From positions 31,310,001 to 31,374,000 of the forward strand of contig OX597822.1 in NCBI GenBank assembly GCA_951406725.2: 64,000 nucleotides of DNA. Reading direction: 5' to 3'. The translations under genes and the position numbers were made by a program. This stretch comes from Octopus vulgaris. Taxonomy: Eukaryota. The notes under the pieces were generated by a model, which saw nothing but the letters and a program-made list of their open reading frames with translations, made no database searches and was not told the DNA's origin. Positions 11,093 through 25,059 of the stretch are shown one piece after another; positions within the stretch are counted from its first letter, which is position 1, and each line of letters begins with the position of its first letter.

Positions 11093-12990
11093 TCACTTTA
11101 CATCTATGTTTATTTGCTACCCATTTCTACGATATATACAATTATTCAATAGTCTCACTGTTATTGCTTCTACAATGAAACTAATGTTGATCGTATATTG
11201 CATTATGGTAAACCATCTCTCAATTTCTTGTTTGAAAATAGTGTTTCAATCAATGTACATAAATTGAATTTTGTAACACTATATCCAAATCTAAATACTT
11301 TTCTTATTTATTTACGTGTGCATAATTCATATAAAATAATAAAAGAAAATAGTTTAATTTAAGCTTATTCAGATAGGTGTCAATATCTACTAACATACAT
11401 GAAATAAATCGTCAGATGTGAAGAGAAAATAAACCATCGTGTTCTACTTCTCGCACGATAATCAGGTTTTTGTATGATTTGATTGAAATAGCATATATAG
11501 CTCTGTTTATTTACGAGTAATAGATTAGAAAATTACAGCTTTTCAATGCTTGCATGATCTATTTTACTCGTCTTTAGCGCGTTCATCTCCATTACGTCAA
11601 CAAGATTCAGTTGAAAATCTAATCGATAATTTTATTTTCGATGTAAATCACGTTCGTTTGATATATGTTCTCACAAATCCCACAAACTACAAATCATGAT
11701 ATTAGTGATTTTTATAATGATGGAACCCTATTCAAAGAATGGAATTGTTTACTCATATCGTCTTTTTTGATTTTCGTTGGATATCATATAAAAAAAATTA
11801 CCAAAGAAATAGCTTTCTGTGAAGTAATTTATCCTTGGATAGGTTCTGCTTACCAAACTCGGTCGATATATTTTCCAATCTGCTGTGTCTCATAGTAACA
11901 CCGATCATTTCGATTCTGTTGTTCTGAATCACTGATTCTTCTACACTCTGTAGTTTTGAATAATTGTTAGTTTTTTTTCTCATCTTGATTTTAGCAGTTT
12001 TTCGTTTCTTTCTTGACTGTCAATTCAAAAATAAATAGATATAAAGATATATAAATATGCATATAAATAAATAAATAAACGATGAGATTTTATACCCATT
12101 TGTGTCGTGGACCTATTGTTCAACTCTTATAATATATATATTTTTTTGTAAATCAGTATTTTTTGCCATCAAATTAAATATTTTACTGATAGCTTATTCT
12201 CACTATCAATCTATGCTTAAAACGTTCATTTTGCAAATAAATGGTTCATGGTTCGACCTTCGTGCGTGGCAAAATGCATTGTAAGGTAAATTAGATACGT
12301 AGAAACAGTGCAGAAACCAACACGTTACATGCACTTATGCATTGTCTTAAAGATTGACTTAAATTTCATGTTTATGTATGTAATATGTGAGTGTGCATAT
12401 TCATACGTGCGGGTCTGTACACGGTTATGTACGTGGGTGTATGTATACGCAAGTTTATATTACAGCTGCTTCTTGTATCGCGAATGAGCGTGAAATACGT
12501 CATGTTGTAGTGAGTACTCGACTGAATATTTCGGTATCGCACTTCGGAGATCTTAGATTTACATATTGGGCTATTTTCGAAATTTTTATTTTATCCAACT
12601 TCTCCCGACACTGCATACCAGTTTTTTCCTGTGTGTGTCTTTTGTAAATTAATTACAAGAAAGATCTCCACATTGCGGAAGGCAATTCACCGCGCATATA
12701 TTATTGATTGGAACAGTGAATTTGTCCCTAACCATTTATTTATTTATTTTGCTAAGGGGAATTTTTTTCCTTCTTTTCTCGAAGATGTAATATAAGCACT
12801 ACATATGCGATTAGTACATCACACATTTATTGATTTTTACACTAATGGATTTTTACAATATGCTGAGAGAGCGATTGCTTGATAATACAGTCTTTTCAAG
12901 ACACCATTTTTACTATGTAAATGAATACTAAAATGCACCTCTTGCTAATTCAGGATTTATTGCCCCACTCCTCCTCCTTCTGTCTGTCTG

Positions 12991-13027
<37 letters not shown>

Positions 13028-13072
13028 CACGCACACACCTACTGTTTGCATATATATTTATACAATAAGTAA

Positions 13073-13108
<36 letters not shown>

Positions 13109-13111
<3 letters not shown>

Positions 13112-13358
13112 CGGGGGTGAGTCAAAAAGTAATGCCATTTTATTTAGGACAGATATAATTATCAACACAGGAACATGTATCATACAACAAAATGAAGCTA
13201 GTCCTCTGTGGATCACATCCCTACTTCTCAACATAGTTACAGTTACTCTCTATAGCAATATTCCACCTTCAAATGGGAGCATGTATCCCTGCCAAGTAAA
13301 ATTCTGTTGACTGTTCTTTGAGCCATTTCTTCACTACAGTTTTCACTTCCTCGTCAAT
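13109..13358 (-). mobile_element. Mariner 3' end (TIR + transposase C-terminus)
   Basis: TIR-like TA-CGGGGGTGAGTCAAAAAGTAATGCC. Minus strand reads IDEEVKTVVKKWLKEQSTEFYLAGIH..RWNIAIESNCNYVEK*. Confidence 0.85.
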
Positions 13359-13365
13359 GTGTTTA

Positions 13366-13453
13366 TTCGTAGGTACTCTTGAGTTTCATGCCCGATGCTT
13401 ATCGTCATGGCTGACGAGTAGCATCACGCTTGAAACTCAAGTGTACCAACGAA
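13366..13453. ncRNA. Palindrome of two diverging hammerhead ribozymes; plus copy 13408-13448 has an intact core
   Basis: Plus: tgg-CTGACGA-gtagc atcac gctt-GAAAC tcaagt GTA-cca. Minus: ATGACGA-taagcatcgggcat-GAAACTCaaGAGTA-cct. Arms about 35/42 complementary. Confidence 0.7.
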
Positions 13454-13928
13454 GTTGAATCAAACTGTTTTCAACCACACAAACATATAAATATGTGTGT
13501 GTATATGTATGTGTGTGTTTTTCTGTTTATGTGTGTATGAGTGTACCCGTGTGTATGTGTGTGTGTGCATGTGTATGTGTGTGTATGTGTCTGTTTGCGT
13601 GTGAGTGTTTGTATACGTGTCTTTGTGTGACAATAAATCATTTAGAATGTACCCGGAAATATACTAAGCATGAGAAAAAAATAAGTTCGTTTCAAATTTG
13701 CTTCATGCAGAGAGAAACAATAAATTTTAATTAGATAAAATTTTATTCTTGTTAGAAAAAGTAATTATTAGGTTAATTATCAGCTCTGGTCATGTATGCC
13801 TATAAAATAAAACCCAAAATTTTAATTAGTTAAAATTAATTGAAATTAGAATGTGCGCATTGCAGCAGCAGCCACTGTGTCCGAACATGGCAAAATTGTG
13901 ATAAATCCTAGCATGTTTCAGTTTAATT

Positions 13929-14040
13929 ATTAGGATGGTGCATAATTATTGCGGCTTTTTGAAATAAATTTTATCCAACAAAACCAATAACAATATTTAA
14001 CAAAAACATCTTTATAATGATTATTCCGACAGACTGTCAA
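13929..14040. mobile_element. Mariner-type terminal fragment
   Basis: ATTAGGATGGTGCATAATTATTGCGG resembles mariner TIRs; no partner end found. Confidence 0.45.
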
Positions 14041-15403
14041 GCAAATGAGAAGCAGTAATTGAAGTAGATAGTGAATATCCTCCGGAATATTCTATTTAAC
14101 ACAGAGCCACTCCTGCACCTATTCATTTTTACATAACTACGTCATAGGTTTATTTAATATTAGTTTCAAATTTTGAGAAGCGTTATTATATTAACAGTTT
14201 CGTTTCAGATGTTCAGTGCAGAAGAGCTTCATCGGGAGACATAATATGCTTCAAATGTTAAAAGTTTTACATTTTCTACGGCGGTGGTGCCATCCTAGCA
14301 CTTCAACCACTGGTGGTTAAGTAAGGAAGATGTTGGTTAGGAAGGGAAAAAAAACAGAAAAACAATAAGAATCTAATGTAAATAGGGATGCGGAGATGTT
14401 TATAGTTGTGGTCAAGCAGTCGTTGCTAAAATTAAATTAAAAATATAAAATGGAATCTAATGTAAAGAGAGGGTGTGCGTTTGGAGGGAGTGTTTTTATG
14501 GCATCAGATTGAACGACTTGCGACAGTCAAGAGCAGCTCCCTAGTTAGGAATTATGTGGGGGATGTGAATCCTGTCTTTACATTTTGTGACGCCTTACAG
14601 CGACCAGTGCGTGCGGTTCGGTGTAATTACACATTTCAGATGTGAAATCTCTCTTAATCACAAAACCCCATTAAATCACAGCATCAATGAACGAAGAATG
14701 TGAAAGGAAGAGCATTGTGTAGAATTAATAGAAATTTTCTCTGTGAGATTCTCATAAATATATCGGCTAAAGACTGCGAGAACATTAAATCTGAAAAAGA
14801 AAAAAAAGAAATAAACATAATTTCCAAGCTTCACTTCAAATTTCAAATATATTGTCTTTACGGAAATACAGTGTGTGATTTCATAAAACCATAATTGCTT
14901 TTACATTCTTATACGTCTTGATTGGAATTTCAACTCGTTTAAGCTCGATAAAAGATAAACACAATAAAAATTGTGAGGAAAGTGAAAAGTATGCTTCAGG
15001 TTAGTTGTTTGAGTGTCTTTGTAAGTACTACATCTATTGCGAACGCATTATTTTGTGTAATGATCATATATAATATAATAAACCCATAGTTGCATTTAAT
15101 TTTATGCCTGAATTTAAGTGCTTGCATTTTTGGCTTCTGAAAGTTGAATCCATTTCATTTTAGTCCAAGCCTGTACGTAGTATTGTTTGGCTTAATGCTT
15201 TCCATTTATGCTTTTATAAATTTTGAAACACCAAGTTCAATTTTGCAACAGCAAATAACACGGAGAATTTCCCTTCCTCCCTTCTTAAAATTCTAATGTT
15301 CATTATCTTTCGATTTCAAGATCAAATTTCCCTACATCGTCGTCGTCATCAACATCATTGTGATCATTGGCATCAGAATGTATATATATATATATATATG
15401 TGT

Positions 15404-15468
<65 letters not shown>

Positions 15469-15510
15469 TGTATGTGTCTGTGTGTGTGTGTGTTTATATA
15501 TATATATATA

Positions 15511-15673
15511 TATGCCTGAAGAACTGAATATCTTCTAAAATAAACGTAGAAGCATTTTGATCTTTAGTGTTTCTAATAGTTTACCCGCCGCAAAACATGT
15601 CCTCATAATAGGAATCTGCATATATGTGTATGTGTGTATTCGTGTATGTACATATGCACTTATGTATACATAA

Positions 15674-15739
<66 letters not shown>

Positions 15740-15740
15740 T

Positions 15741-15775
<35 letters not shown>

Positions 15776-15946
15776 GCGCGTATTTATGTATACTTAAGTG
15801 CATATATACATACACGAATACACACATACGCATATATGCAGATTCCTATTATGAGGACATGTTTTGCGGCGGGTAAACTATTAGAAACACTAAAGATCAA
15901 AATGCTTCTACGTTTATTTTAGAAGATATTCAGTTCTCCAGGCATA
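15511..15946. repeat. 167-bp near-perfect inverted duplication with microsatellite spacer
   Basis: Arms 15511-15677 and 15780-15946; 4 mismatches counted by eye; spacer (TA)n(TG)n(TA)n. Confidence 0.95.
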
Positions 15947-16451
15947 AACCAATATTTAATCAAAACATATTCCCCTTCACTCAACCCCAATTCCCACCAA
16001 TCAATCTTATATATCATACTACAGCAATTTCGTTACTTCTGTTCACAGTTATAGTTATTTCTCAGTGATTGATCGCTCGATAGCAAGCGCAACCTTTAAA
16101 TATTATTTCTCAGTACTTCATATGTATATAGTAGCAGTGGAGAACATAATTGATGATCATATTTAAGAAGAAGAATATAAAACATTGAGAAAATTCCAAT
16201 AAAACTATTTTGGTTTTCGTTATTCCCTTTTCAGTTCATTTTTCTATTTTGTTCCCGTAAGTTTTACTGCCTTACTACAAAACTTCGTTGTGAAGGATTT
16301 TGAAATGTTTTGAAATAATATACGGTTGATGCATCATATCATGTAAAGAAACAAACTATACATTATGGTACACATTCGGCAACGTGGCTTGACAGCTACA
16401 GACTAATATCATATTTGTAAAAAAACTTAACCCCCACCACAAACCATCACC

Positions 16452-16467
16452 ATTATTATTATTAATA

Positions 16468-16544
<77 letters not shown>

Positions 16545-16591
16545 AATAATAATAATAACAATAATAATAATAACAATAACAATAATAAAAA

Positions 16592-16683
<92 letters not shown>

Positions 16684-16703
16684 GTAATAATCATAATAAT
16701 AAT
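16452..16703. repeat. Compound (ATT)n-(AAT)n-(ACT)n-(AAT)n microsatellite
   Basis: Seen directly; the ATT-to-AAT switch makes it self-complementary. Confidence 0.95.
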
Positions 16704-17135
16704 AACTGCCACTTCTTCTTTGCTAACCACTTCTCCCTCCAATCTATTTCTTTCTATTTATAACTCTTCACTGAATACTACTGATTCTATTTTCTTCAGA
16801 GCAAACTAGAGCCACCATCAACTGCCACTTAACTAGTTCTATAATCCGGTTCCTAGTTTTACCTTTAATTCATTCGGAGTCGATAAATTAAGTATCAGTG
16901 AAACATTGGGGTCGATGTAATCGACTAGAGACTATCCTCATAATTTCACCCCTTGTACCCTAACTACGAAAGATCATTATTATTATTCCTTTTCCTCTTT
17001 TCTCTTACCCCTTCTCCTCGCCCACCTACATCGTTCTCTCCAGATTCGCACTCGACCTTTTTCATATCGCTTCCTCCGCTTTTAGTTCTCTTCTCCTCTT
17101 CCACCATCTATCTTTCAGCCCCGTTCACATCCTCT

Positions 17136-17264
<129 letters not shown>

Positions 17265-17417
17265 GACTTTTCAAACATCACAGAAGTTTCTCATTCTCTT
17301 CCTCTATATTCCTCTCATCAAAGTTCCAGCATCTAACAAAACATATTTCATAATAAATAAATAAATAAATTTCATATTTCATAAAATATTTCATAATAAA
17401 AAAATCAATCAATAATA

Positions 17418-17820
17418 GGCGTAGGAGTGGCTGTGGGGTAAGTAGCTTGCTCACCAACCACATGGTTCCGGGTTCAGTCACACTGCGTGGTACCTTGGTC
17501 AACTGTCTTCTGCTATAGCCTCGCACCGACCAAAGCCTTGTGAGTGGATTTGGTAGACGGAAACTGAAAGAAGCCCGTTGTATATATGTATACATATATG
17601 TGTATGTGTGTGTATATGTTTGTGTCTATGTGACCCCCGCCCCAACATTGCTTGACAATGCTCGTGTGTTTACGTCCACGTAACTTGGTGGTTCAGCAAA
17701 AAACACCGATAGAATAAGTACTAGGCTTACAAAGAATAAGTCCTGGGGTCGATTTTCTCGACTAAAGGCGGTGCTCCAGCATGGCCACAGTCAAATGACG
17801 GAAACAAGAGTAAAAGAGTA
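17418..17820 (+). mobile_element. tRNA-derived SINE family 1, full length
   Basis: GGCGTAGGAGTGGCTGTG..GGTTCAGTC head; internal TA/TG tract; tail ggcggtgctccagcatggcc.cagtcaaatgac.gaaac(aagagt)n. Multiple copies in the window. Confidence 0.9.
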
Positions 17821-18370
17821 ATAACATTCTGTCCCGCTCTTACTTCATTTCTATCATTAAACAAGCAAAAAGAAAATGACTTCTGAACGATTTTCTACAC
17901 CCGTTAAAGTGTATCGTCTGAGATTTTTGCATATCTCTGCAACTTTTTGTTTAAAAATCGGCAATTATTGGATCACATGAAATTAAATTCATTCACAACT
18001 GCACTTGCAACCAAATAAGCAAACGACAAAACAAAAGAAACATTACGGAATATCTTTGCAAAATTTTAACTGTATTCTCTTCATCCATTAATAAATATGC
18101 AGAAAAATGTTTTGTGTGAAGTTACGTGTATTTATGGATTACAATTCATGTTATTTTCGGTGTTGTTGCATTTTCAGGGAGTTTCATTTTATTTCTATCT
18201 CATTTCAGCATATTTAAAATATGTTCAACAGAATATAATTTTAAGCGATAAATTATACATACAATGCCTCCGTGGATCAAGATAAATGATAACACACACA
18301 CACACACACATATGCACGCACATACACACACGCACATACATATACACACACATATACATGTATGTATATA

Positions 18371-18407
<37 letters not shown>

Positions 18408-18445
18408 TTATATGTACATACATACAGTCATATATGCAAGCATGC

Positions 18446-18487
<42 letters not shown>

Positions 18488-18524
18488 CATCTGATAGAAT
18501 GAATGAGATTTAGTATAATGTATG

Positions 18525-18622
<98 letters not shown>

Positions 18623-20589
18623 CTGTATGCATGTATATATTTATGTATTACGCTACATTTCAGTGACACCGTTATTGTGGCGTAAAAATGTAGTAAATAC
18701 AAATAAATTAGCATATATCGCTCAACATTGCTGATTATGAGTTTTCCATTTGCTTGAAGGATTTCATAAATTTGTGAATGTGTTATAATTTGTTTTTCTT
18801 CCTTATTTCATTTCGATGGCCTGAGTATCTGTTATTCTTACAATCGATGACCTCGTAAAAATACAACAGAATAAAATGTAAAACAGAATAAAATTCAGGT
18901 TATTTAACTTGTGTTGATAAGAATGGCGTCTTATCTTTAACTGTTTCACGCAGTTTTATAAGTATAAATCATGCACGCGTCCAATTACATTGTATAACAT
19001 AGATTCATGTTTATAAAACAACATTCAGAAAATGTTGTTCACATTAATAACACAGTCATCATTAATGTTACTCTGAATAAAGATACACAAAGAGCAAGTG
19101 CTTATGGATTATGTTTATGAATTTTAATTAACATTTTGTCTTTAAAATACATATTGAATTATAATACGTTAAACTACGTGCAATAAAATCGTAACGCTTG
19201 TGTGTAATTGACGTTTAGTATTTGTATCACTTCTTATACAATACCAATAAATACACACACACTCACACACATGTACTCATTTATATACTTAAATATACAC
19301 TCATGTATATATGCATGAGTGTCTGCGCCCGTGTGTGTGTGAGTGTATGTATGAGTTTACAGACGTCACAAAAGTGAGGGAAGGTGCGGTCTAGCAGCAC
19401 TTATGTTAAAATAAGTGTTAAATTAACTTCCAAGCCACTAAAGCATTATACATAAGGTGTTCTACACCAAAATTCGAAATCGCGATTCGGCTATATACGC
19501 TCTAGAATGACTTCGATTTGTCTGTCATCAGGTATGCAACTTAATAGGTTTCGAGTTAATTTAATTCTTATTTTAGCACATGCAATGCAAGTCAGCACCC
19601 AATCATCACTTTTGTGATTGCTAGTAATTTTGCCTTTAGTTTCTAATTGTTAATAAACCACCCTTTTAATTCGTCATAAGTATATAAATGTGTGCACATA
19701 CATATAGGCAGAGTAGTTTGTGAGGTTCGTTTCCCATAGGTTCGCAAATGAGATTTGAACGCAGCAAAAGAAAGGCATGATCTGTCACGACATTTTAGTA
19801 CTAGATGTTACCGTAACTTTGTACCCATACGTAGGTTTGAATGTTTCATTTATGAATTCTCTCTCTTGTTTTGTTTATATTAACCATTAAGTTGTTTTTC
19901 CCTCTTGTCGGTGCTCTGTACTCTAGCTTTTTAGGATTGAAAGTAAAACAAAATAGCATTGACTTCTAGGAGCTGGAACAAGATGTCAAATTGCCATCCC
20001 CCTAATATGTATTTTTCCTCCCAATATATATGAAAAACTCCTTTCAACTTCCCGCATTATGTCCTAATGTTTTTTTTATGGCTAGAACGCTGTTATCCAT
20101 GAATGGATAATTATAATGAATAAAAATCAAATAAATTAACTTTATCTTAGAAGCTGGAGCAAATATCAAATTCTCATCATATATCCTCCATCCATCTTCC
20201 CATCTTCCCTCGTTATCTTCCAAAAGTTTGACTTGAAGTTTCACGTCCGATGATGTAAAGATTAGAAATGTAGTATAAGAATCTTATCTTTTGAAATTAG
20301 AGCAGAATACCTGATACTTATCCCCTATTCTATTTTCTTACCCCCATTAAAACTTCCTCCTTACAATCACACCGTTCCTGTCACTCTAATGTTTTTTCCT
20401 GTTTAAACTACTAACTCGGGTAATCGAATCCCTCAGTGGCTGAAGCTAACCCGGAATCAAGAAATGGCACATCATGCTGATACTTGCAATGAATTATCAA
20501 GGTGTTTATTTCATGTATATTCACCTGAAGAAAACGGTATGTTTATCGTTTGATGTAATAACTCGCTTCGTCAATGAAAAATAAAACCC

Positions 20590-22658
20590 TCAGTTGAATC
20601 AGCTTTAGTGAATGAAGTAATTTCTGATTTATCAGACTGAACTTCAGGAAAGAACATTTAATTTTTCATAAAAATTCGTCTGGAGGAAAAAATCATCTAC
20701 GTTTTATAGAAATGATTGCTGGGGAGGTCTATAAATTAAACATTTCCATCCAGTCAGTACCGAACAAATTTTTGCATTATTAACAGAAAAGCTTGAGACT
20801 TTTATGTTTTGTCATGAAATATAATTTTACTTACCAATTCGCCCATAATTCATACTTTTCCTGAAACACCACGGGCAATTTTCCAGGTTTCATTAAATTT
20901 AATTCTCTCGATCTATTTCCATGTACCAATATTAATTATTGAGATCTCGCTGCATGTATCCAACTGTAGTCTTACGTTTGTGTTTTTAATTTTTACATAC
21001 ACAAATTTTCTTTAAGGTGCGTTCGTATATTTTGTCACCGATAATCCGTTTACGCAATTCTTTTCTGTTGAACAGCTTTCTAGGTTATGTTCTACAGTGT
21101 GATATTTTATTACCTATTTTCCCACACTTGGAGCCTTTCCCATTTTAAACGGACAGTTATTTTTAAAATGTAGACCACCACACCCATAACATAGATTCTG
21201 TCTTGATATTTTTCTCTTCTTCCTTATTTGTTACCGGTCGACATGCCTTAAACTGTGAGCCATCTTTCTCCTTAATTTTATTTGCGTCACATCATAGATT
21301 AATAATCTTGTGACATGCTTCTACTACTGCCTGCAGATTAAAATTTTGGTCCTGTTCCAATTGTGTTAATATCCGGAAGCGCATATCTGCATCTTTGTTG
21401 CCAGTAAGACCTTGAACAAAAATTAGAGACGAACATGTCCGGGGTCAACTCATTCAATCTGAAATTCTTACACTCTCTGTTAACCACACCGGTATTGGTG
21501 ACGACATCATCTTTTTTGACCAATTGAAACATTGCCGGCGAGGACTGAACAGGGAATTCCGTCCACTGAAAATGTTCGATAAAATATTAATTGTTGCATC
21601 GAAACAAATCTCACTTGGCATCTTCAGCAGAATATACTTACTATATTTTTTATGTTCGGCGGGGGGATAACTTTCTTAAAAGTAGTTGTACTTTCTTCTC
21701 GTTGGAACAACTTTGACATTCTTCTTTGAAGATTTCTTCGTATCTAGGAAAATATTCAGAGAAGGTAATGCCTTCTTTTGGTTTATAGTTGGTTTCTTCA
21801 ATTGAGTTTGCTACGTTGTCTGGCGATTACAAACCTGGAATATTTTCAGACTTCTTCAACATTAATTTTGTTGTTGCTACTGTAGTTGTTGCTGCGGCTG
21901 CAATTGCTGCTGGTGCTGTTGCTGTTGGTGTTGAGCGAAGCGGTCTTCGCCCCAGAGTAGAAGTCCGAAACGTGGTCCTTTGCTATTCGTAAGACCCGCA
22001 GAAGAGAAAGCAGGTCAACCCCCGTCACCGAGAGCATCGACGAATGGATAAATGTGCATCCAGGCTCAGTGGCCGCGTAGGAAGTCGGGGACAAGAAAGA
22101 GGAAGAAAGAGTGAGAGGAAATTGGGCGAAAGAGTACAACAGAGGTCACCACCACCCCCTGCCAGAGCCTTGTGGAGCTTCAGGTGTTTTCGCTCAATAA
22201 ACACACACAACACTTGGTCTGGGAATCGAAACCGAGGTCCTTCGACCGCGAGTCCGCTGACCTAGCCACTGGGCCAGTGTGCATCCTTTGCTGTTGCTGT
22301 AGTTGCTGTTGCAATTGCACCATGGAGGCCAATAAGCTCTCCGTGTTAACGAATTTTTATTTTGGTTCCGCACCAAAAAGAAAAAGAAAATTAAACGACG
22401 TCACTACCTTATATATATATCCTTGAATTAGATATATAAGAGAGCAGCGTGAGGGAAGGAAGTATATACACAATACATTACTATTACTATTACATGAGTC
22501 TTAGCGCTCTATATCAAAGGTTCACAGTGAACTGCTTATTAACACGAACTGCCGACGATTCGACAGCTGTCTATTTAATAGAAATGTCTCAGTCCACTTT
22601 CAGTCACAAAGGAGTGGTTGAAATCCTTCCATAACATTTACATATATAATGTTCTACA
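20590..22658 (-). mobile_element. Gypsy (Mag-like) LTR retrotransposon: 5' LTR, PBS, gag and protease; 3'-truncated
   Basis: Putative LTR TGTAG.. 22658 to ~22410; PBS-like TAGTGACG; ATG at 22321-23 with poly-Q. Motifs: F..YF.RYEEIF; KVQLLLRKL; RECKNFRLNELTPDMF; CYGCGGLHFKNNC; protease LQLDTCSEISII; NLFGTDW. Confidence 0.85.
21926..22288 (-). mobile_element. tRNA-derived SINE family 2 (tail A), nested in Gypsy gag
   Basis: Head TGGCCCAGTGG..GGTTTCGATTCCC. tgctgttgctgt on both sides (21914-25, 22289-300). Confidence 0.85.
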
Positions 22659-22722
22659 CCAGGTTATTATTATTGCAATACCTAAGTGAAGATACCTCCC
22701 CACACACATCTCATTAACCACA

Positions 22723-23030
22723 TATACTTAACGTATATGCTTCGGTAGGCTGCTGTTAGCATGTTGAAGTATATACTCTCCCAAAGCGCTGGGTGTAAAA
22801 ACACTCAGTCATGGACAGGCGAGTGTACTCATCCTCAGTCCCATCTAGGAGTGATGGATACCGACTTTTCGACATTTTTGTGGCATGTCAACATTACGTA
22901 CCTAGGAGAATAATCTCAGCTGTTCGTGACTTATATGCTCAGCGTATAGAAAACCATGTATTCGTATGCTCGGCATATGCATACCTCAGAATAAATTTAA
23001 ATATGAAATAACAACAGCTCTAGCATAATA
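22723..23030. mobile_element. Unclassified ~308-bp insertion with a putative 12-bp TSD
   Basis: tcattaaccaca at 22711-22 and 23031-42 flanks a more GC-rich segment. Confidence 0.45.
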
Positions 23031-23061
23031 TCATTAACCACACACATGTATACTCACAGGT

Positions 23062-23101
<40 letters not shown>

Positions 23102-23102
<1 letters not shown>

Positions 23103-23285
23103 GGGAGAGTTTAGGAAAAAAACAAAAGTCGAAGTCAGGTGGTGTACAAAACAAACAGATGTATTAGTATAATGCTCAGGAATAGAAAAAGTCTTTTACG
23201 TTTCGAGCCTACGCTCTTCTACAGAAAGGGACACAGAAAAAACAAGGATAGAAAAAATGTGAGTAGTGGCTAACGATCTATCATA
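23102..23285 (-). mobile_element. HHR-bearing mini-element family A (HHR 23193-23228)
   Basis: Minus: cttt-CTGTAGA-aGAGC gtag GCTC-GAAAC-GTA-aaag. Homologous to 40338-40536. Confidence 0.8.
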
Positions 23286-24249
23286 TATGCACACTTATAA
23301 TGCAGGAACAAGGGTAGACTGAAGGAAATTGAATGAGAGATATTTCGACACAAAAACAATAACGTGCGTGCATGACGTCATTAATTTATATAATCATACA
23401 ACCTGTTTCATGACATTTCGTATTGGATTTTAATTAGAAATTCCAATTCCACTTTTACTCTCAATTTAATTGATAATGTCCCAGATGGTAAGGAAAGTAC
23501 ACATCACGGAATGAACGATATATTCAATTATCTTTGAAATAATCAAAGATATATGCTCTAATTTGAGAATAAGTTTTCCGTAGTGTTGTTTGTCTCTAAA
23601 AGCTATACGTTAGGAAGCAGCTATTAAAAATAGATTGGTAAAATATAAGAGAACTATTACAGCTCTGTTTTTGTTAGAATTACAGGTATATAGCCTACAG
23701 GGAATAGCTATAGTAAGTAGTAAATTGGGGAAAGCAACATAAATCTATGTCTGTTTCATAAAGACAAGGAATTCATCATTCAATGCAACGACATAGACTC
23801 GTCCAAATAGCGAAATATTTTCTAACTATTGTTGTTCTTTAACCATAGATCTGACCTATAAACCATGTATATGGTCTCTGTTTCTAAACGGGCACAGAGG
23901 TATGTGATTAGCAATACGTGGGCAGTAATTTCCAGCCAGTGTCTGCTTAGAAGCTCTCTCATTCATTACTATTTCCGATATTTGTATATAAAGAAAACAA
24001 GTCATGTAAATGACAAATTTGTAATTTTTCAAGATTAACATATAACGCAATGATTTTCTGAAAGCAAATAAAACAATCTCATTGACAATCAAAATGTCAT
24101 TAGATGCTGCATTGCATTTCGTATTCCGATGAACGAACGAAGAAAGTAACGAACAAAGAAAGTATAACAAACGAAGAAAGTAACAAAAATTACAAGCAAA
24201 TATAAAACACGTCATAGTTTTACTCATAGTGGGGGAAAATGTGAGAATA

Positions 24250-24375
24250 TATTCCGCGTTTTGAGTTGCCCGATACTACGTCATTCCCGAACTGGCCTTA
24301 TGAGCCATCTCAGGTCTAAGCGTCATGGAAGTACCAGATGACCCAACTTGGACGCGAGTGGTGCTGACAAAAACG
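24250..24375 (+). mobile_element. RTE-type LINE extreme 3' end
   Basis: LSCPILRHSRTGLMSHLRSKRHGSTR* resembles the C-terminal SRxGLxSHxR zinc finger of RTE ORFs; short 3' UTR follows. Confidence 0.55.
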
Positions 24376-24384
24376 GTGTATATA

Positions 24385-24415
<31 letters not shown>

Positions 24416-24577
24416 ATATTAGGGAATAAATCCAAATTTACAGGGGAAAAATCAGATTTAGGATTAAATCCAATTTTATAGTAAAATATTATATAATTTT
24501 TATTAAAATTTTATGTATTGATTAAGTCTTTCCTTGTTTGTTTTGAAAAATAGTGGTTTTGTCTCTAATAATATTCC

Positions 24578-24681
<104 letters not shown>

Positions 24682-24740
24682 TGTGTGTGTGCGTAAGTGT
24701 GTGTGCATGTGTGTGCATGTGTGTGTGAGTGTATATAAAA

Positions 24741-25050
24741 GCGCCGGCTTGCTTGTGTGGTCAGAAGGTTGCTTCGCAACCACTTGATTCCGGGCACATA
24801 TAAAATAGCCTCCGGCCGACTACACTCTTATGAGGGATTTTGGTAGACGGGCACTTCGAGACGCTCGTCGTGTACTTATATATATACATATATATACATG
24901 CATACATGTCTGTCCCTCTGTGTCAGCGTTGGTCTTGTGTTCCACCACCACTTGACAATTGGTATCAGAGTATGTTTGTCCCTGTAACATTTTTGTCCGC
25001 AGAAATGACCACTAGAATACATGTAAATAGAGTAATAAGACTTGTAACAT
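24741..25050 (+). mobile_element. SINE family 1, degenerate
   Basis: ttgcttcgcaaccac..gattttggtagacgg..cttgacaa.. matches 17418-17820. Confidence 0.7.
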
Positions 25051-25059
25051 AGTGATGGA

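Noticed and set aside
20520-20580. CTGAAGA plus 7-bp hairpin (half hammerhead)
   Set aside because: Followed by GATG rather than GAAA, and stem III cannot be formed.
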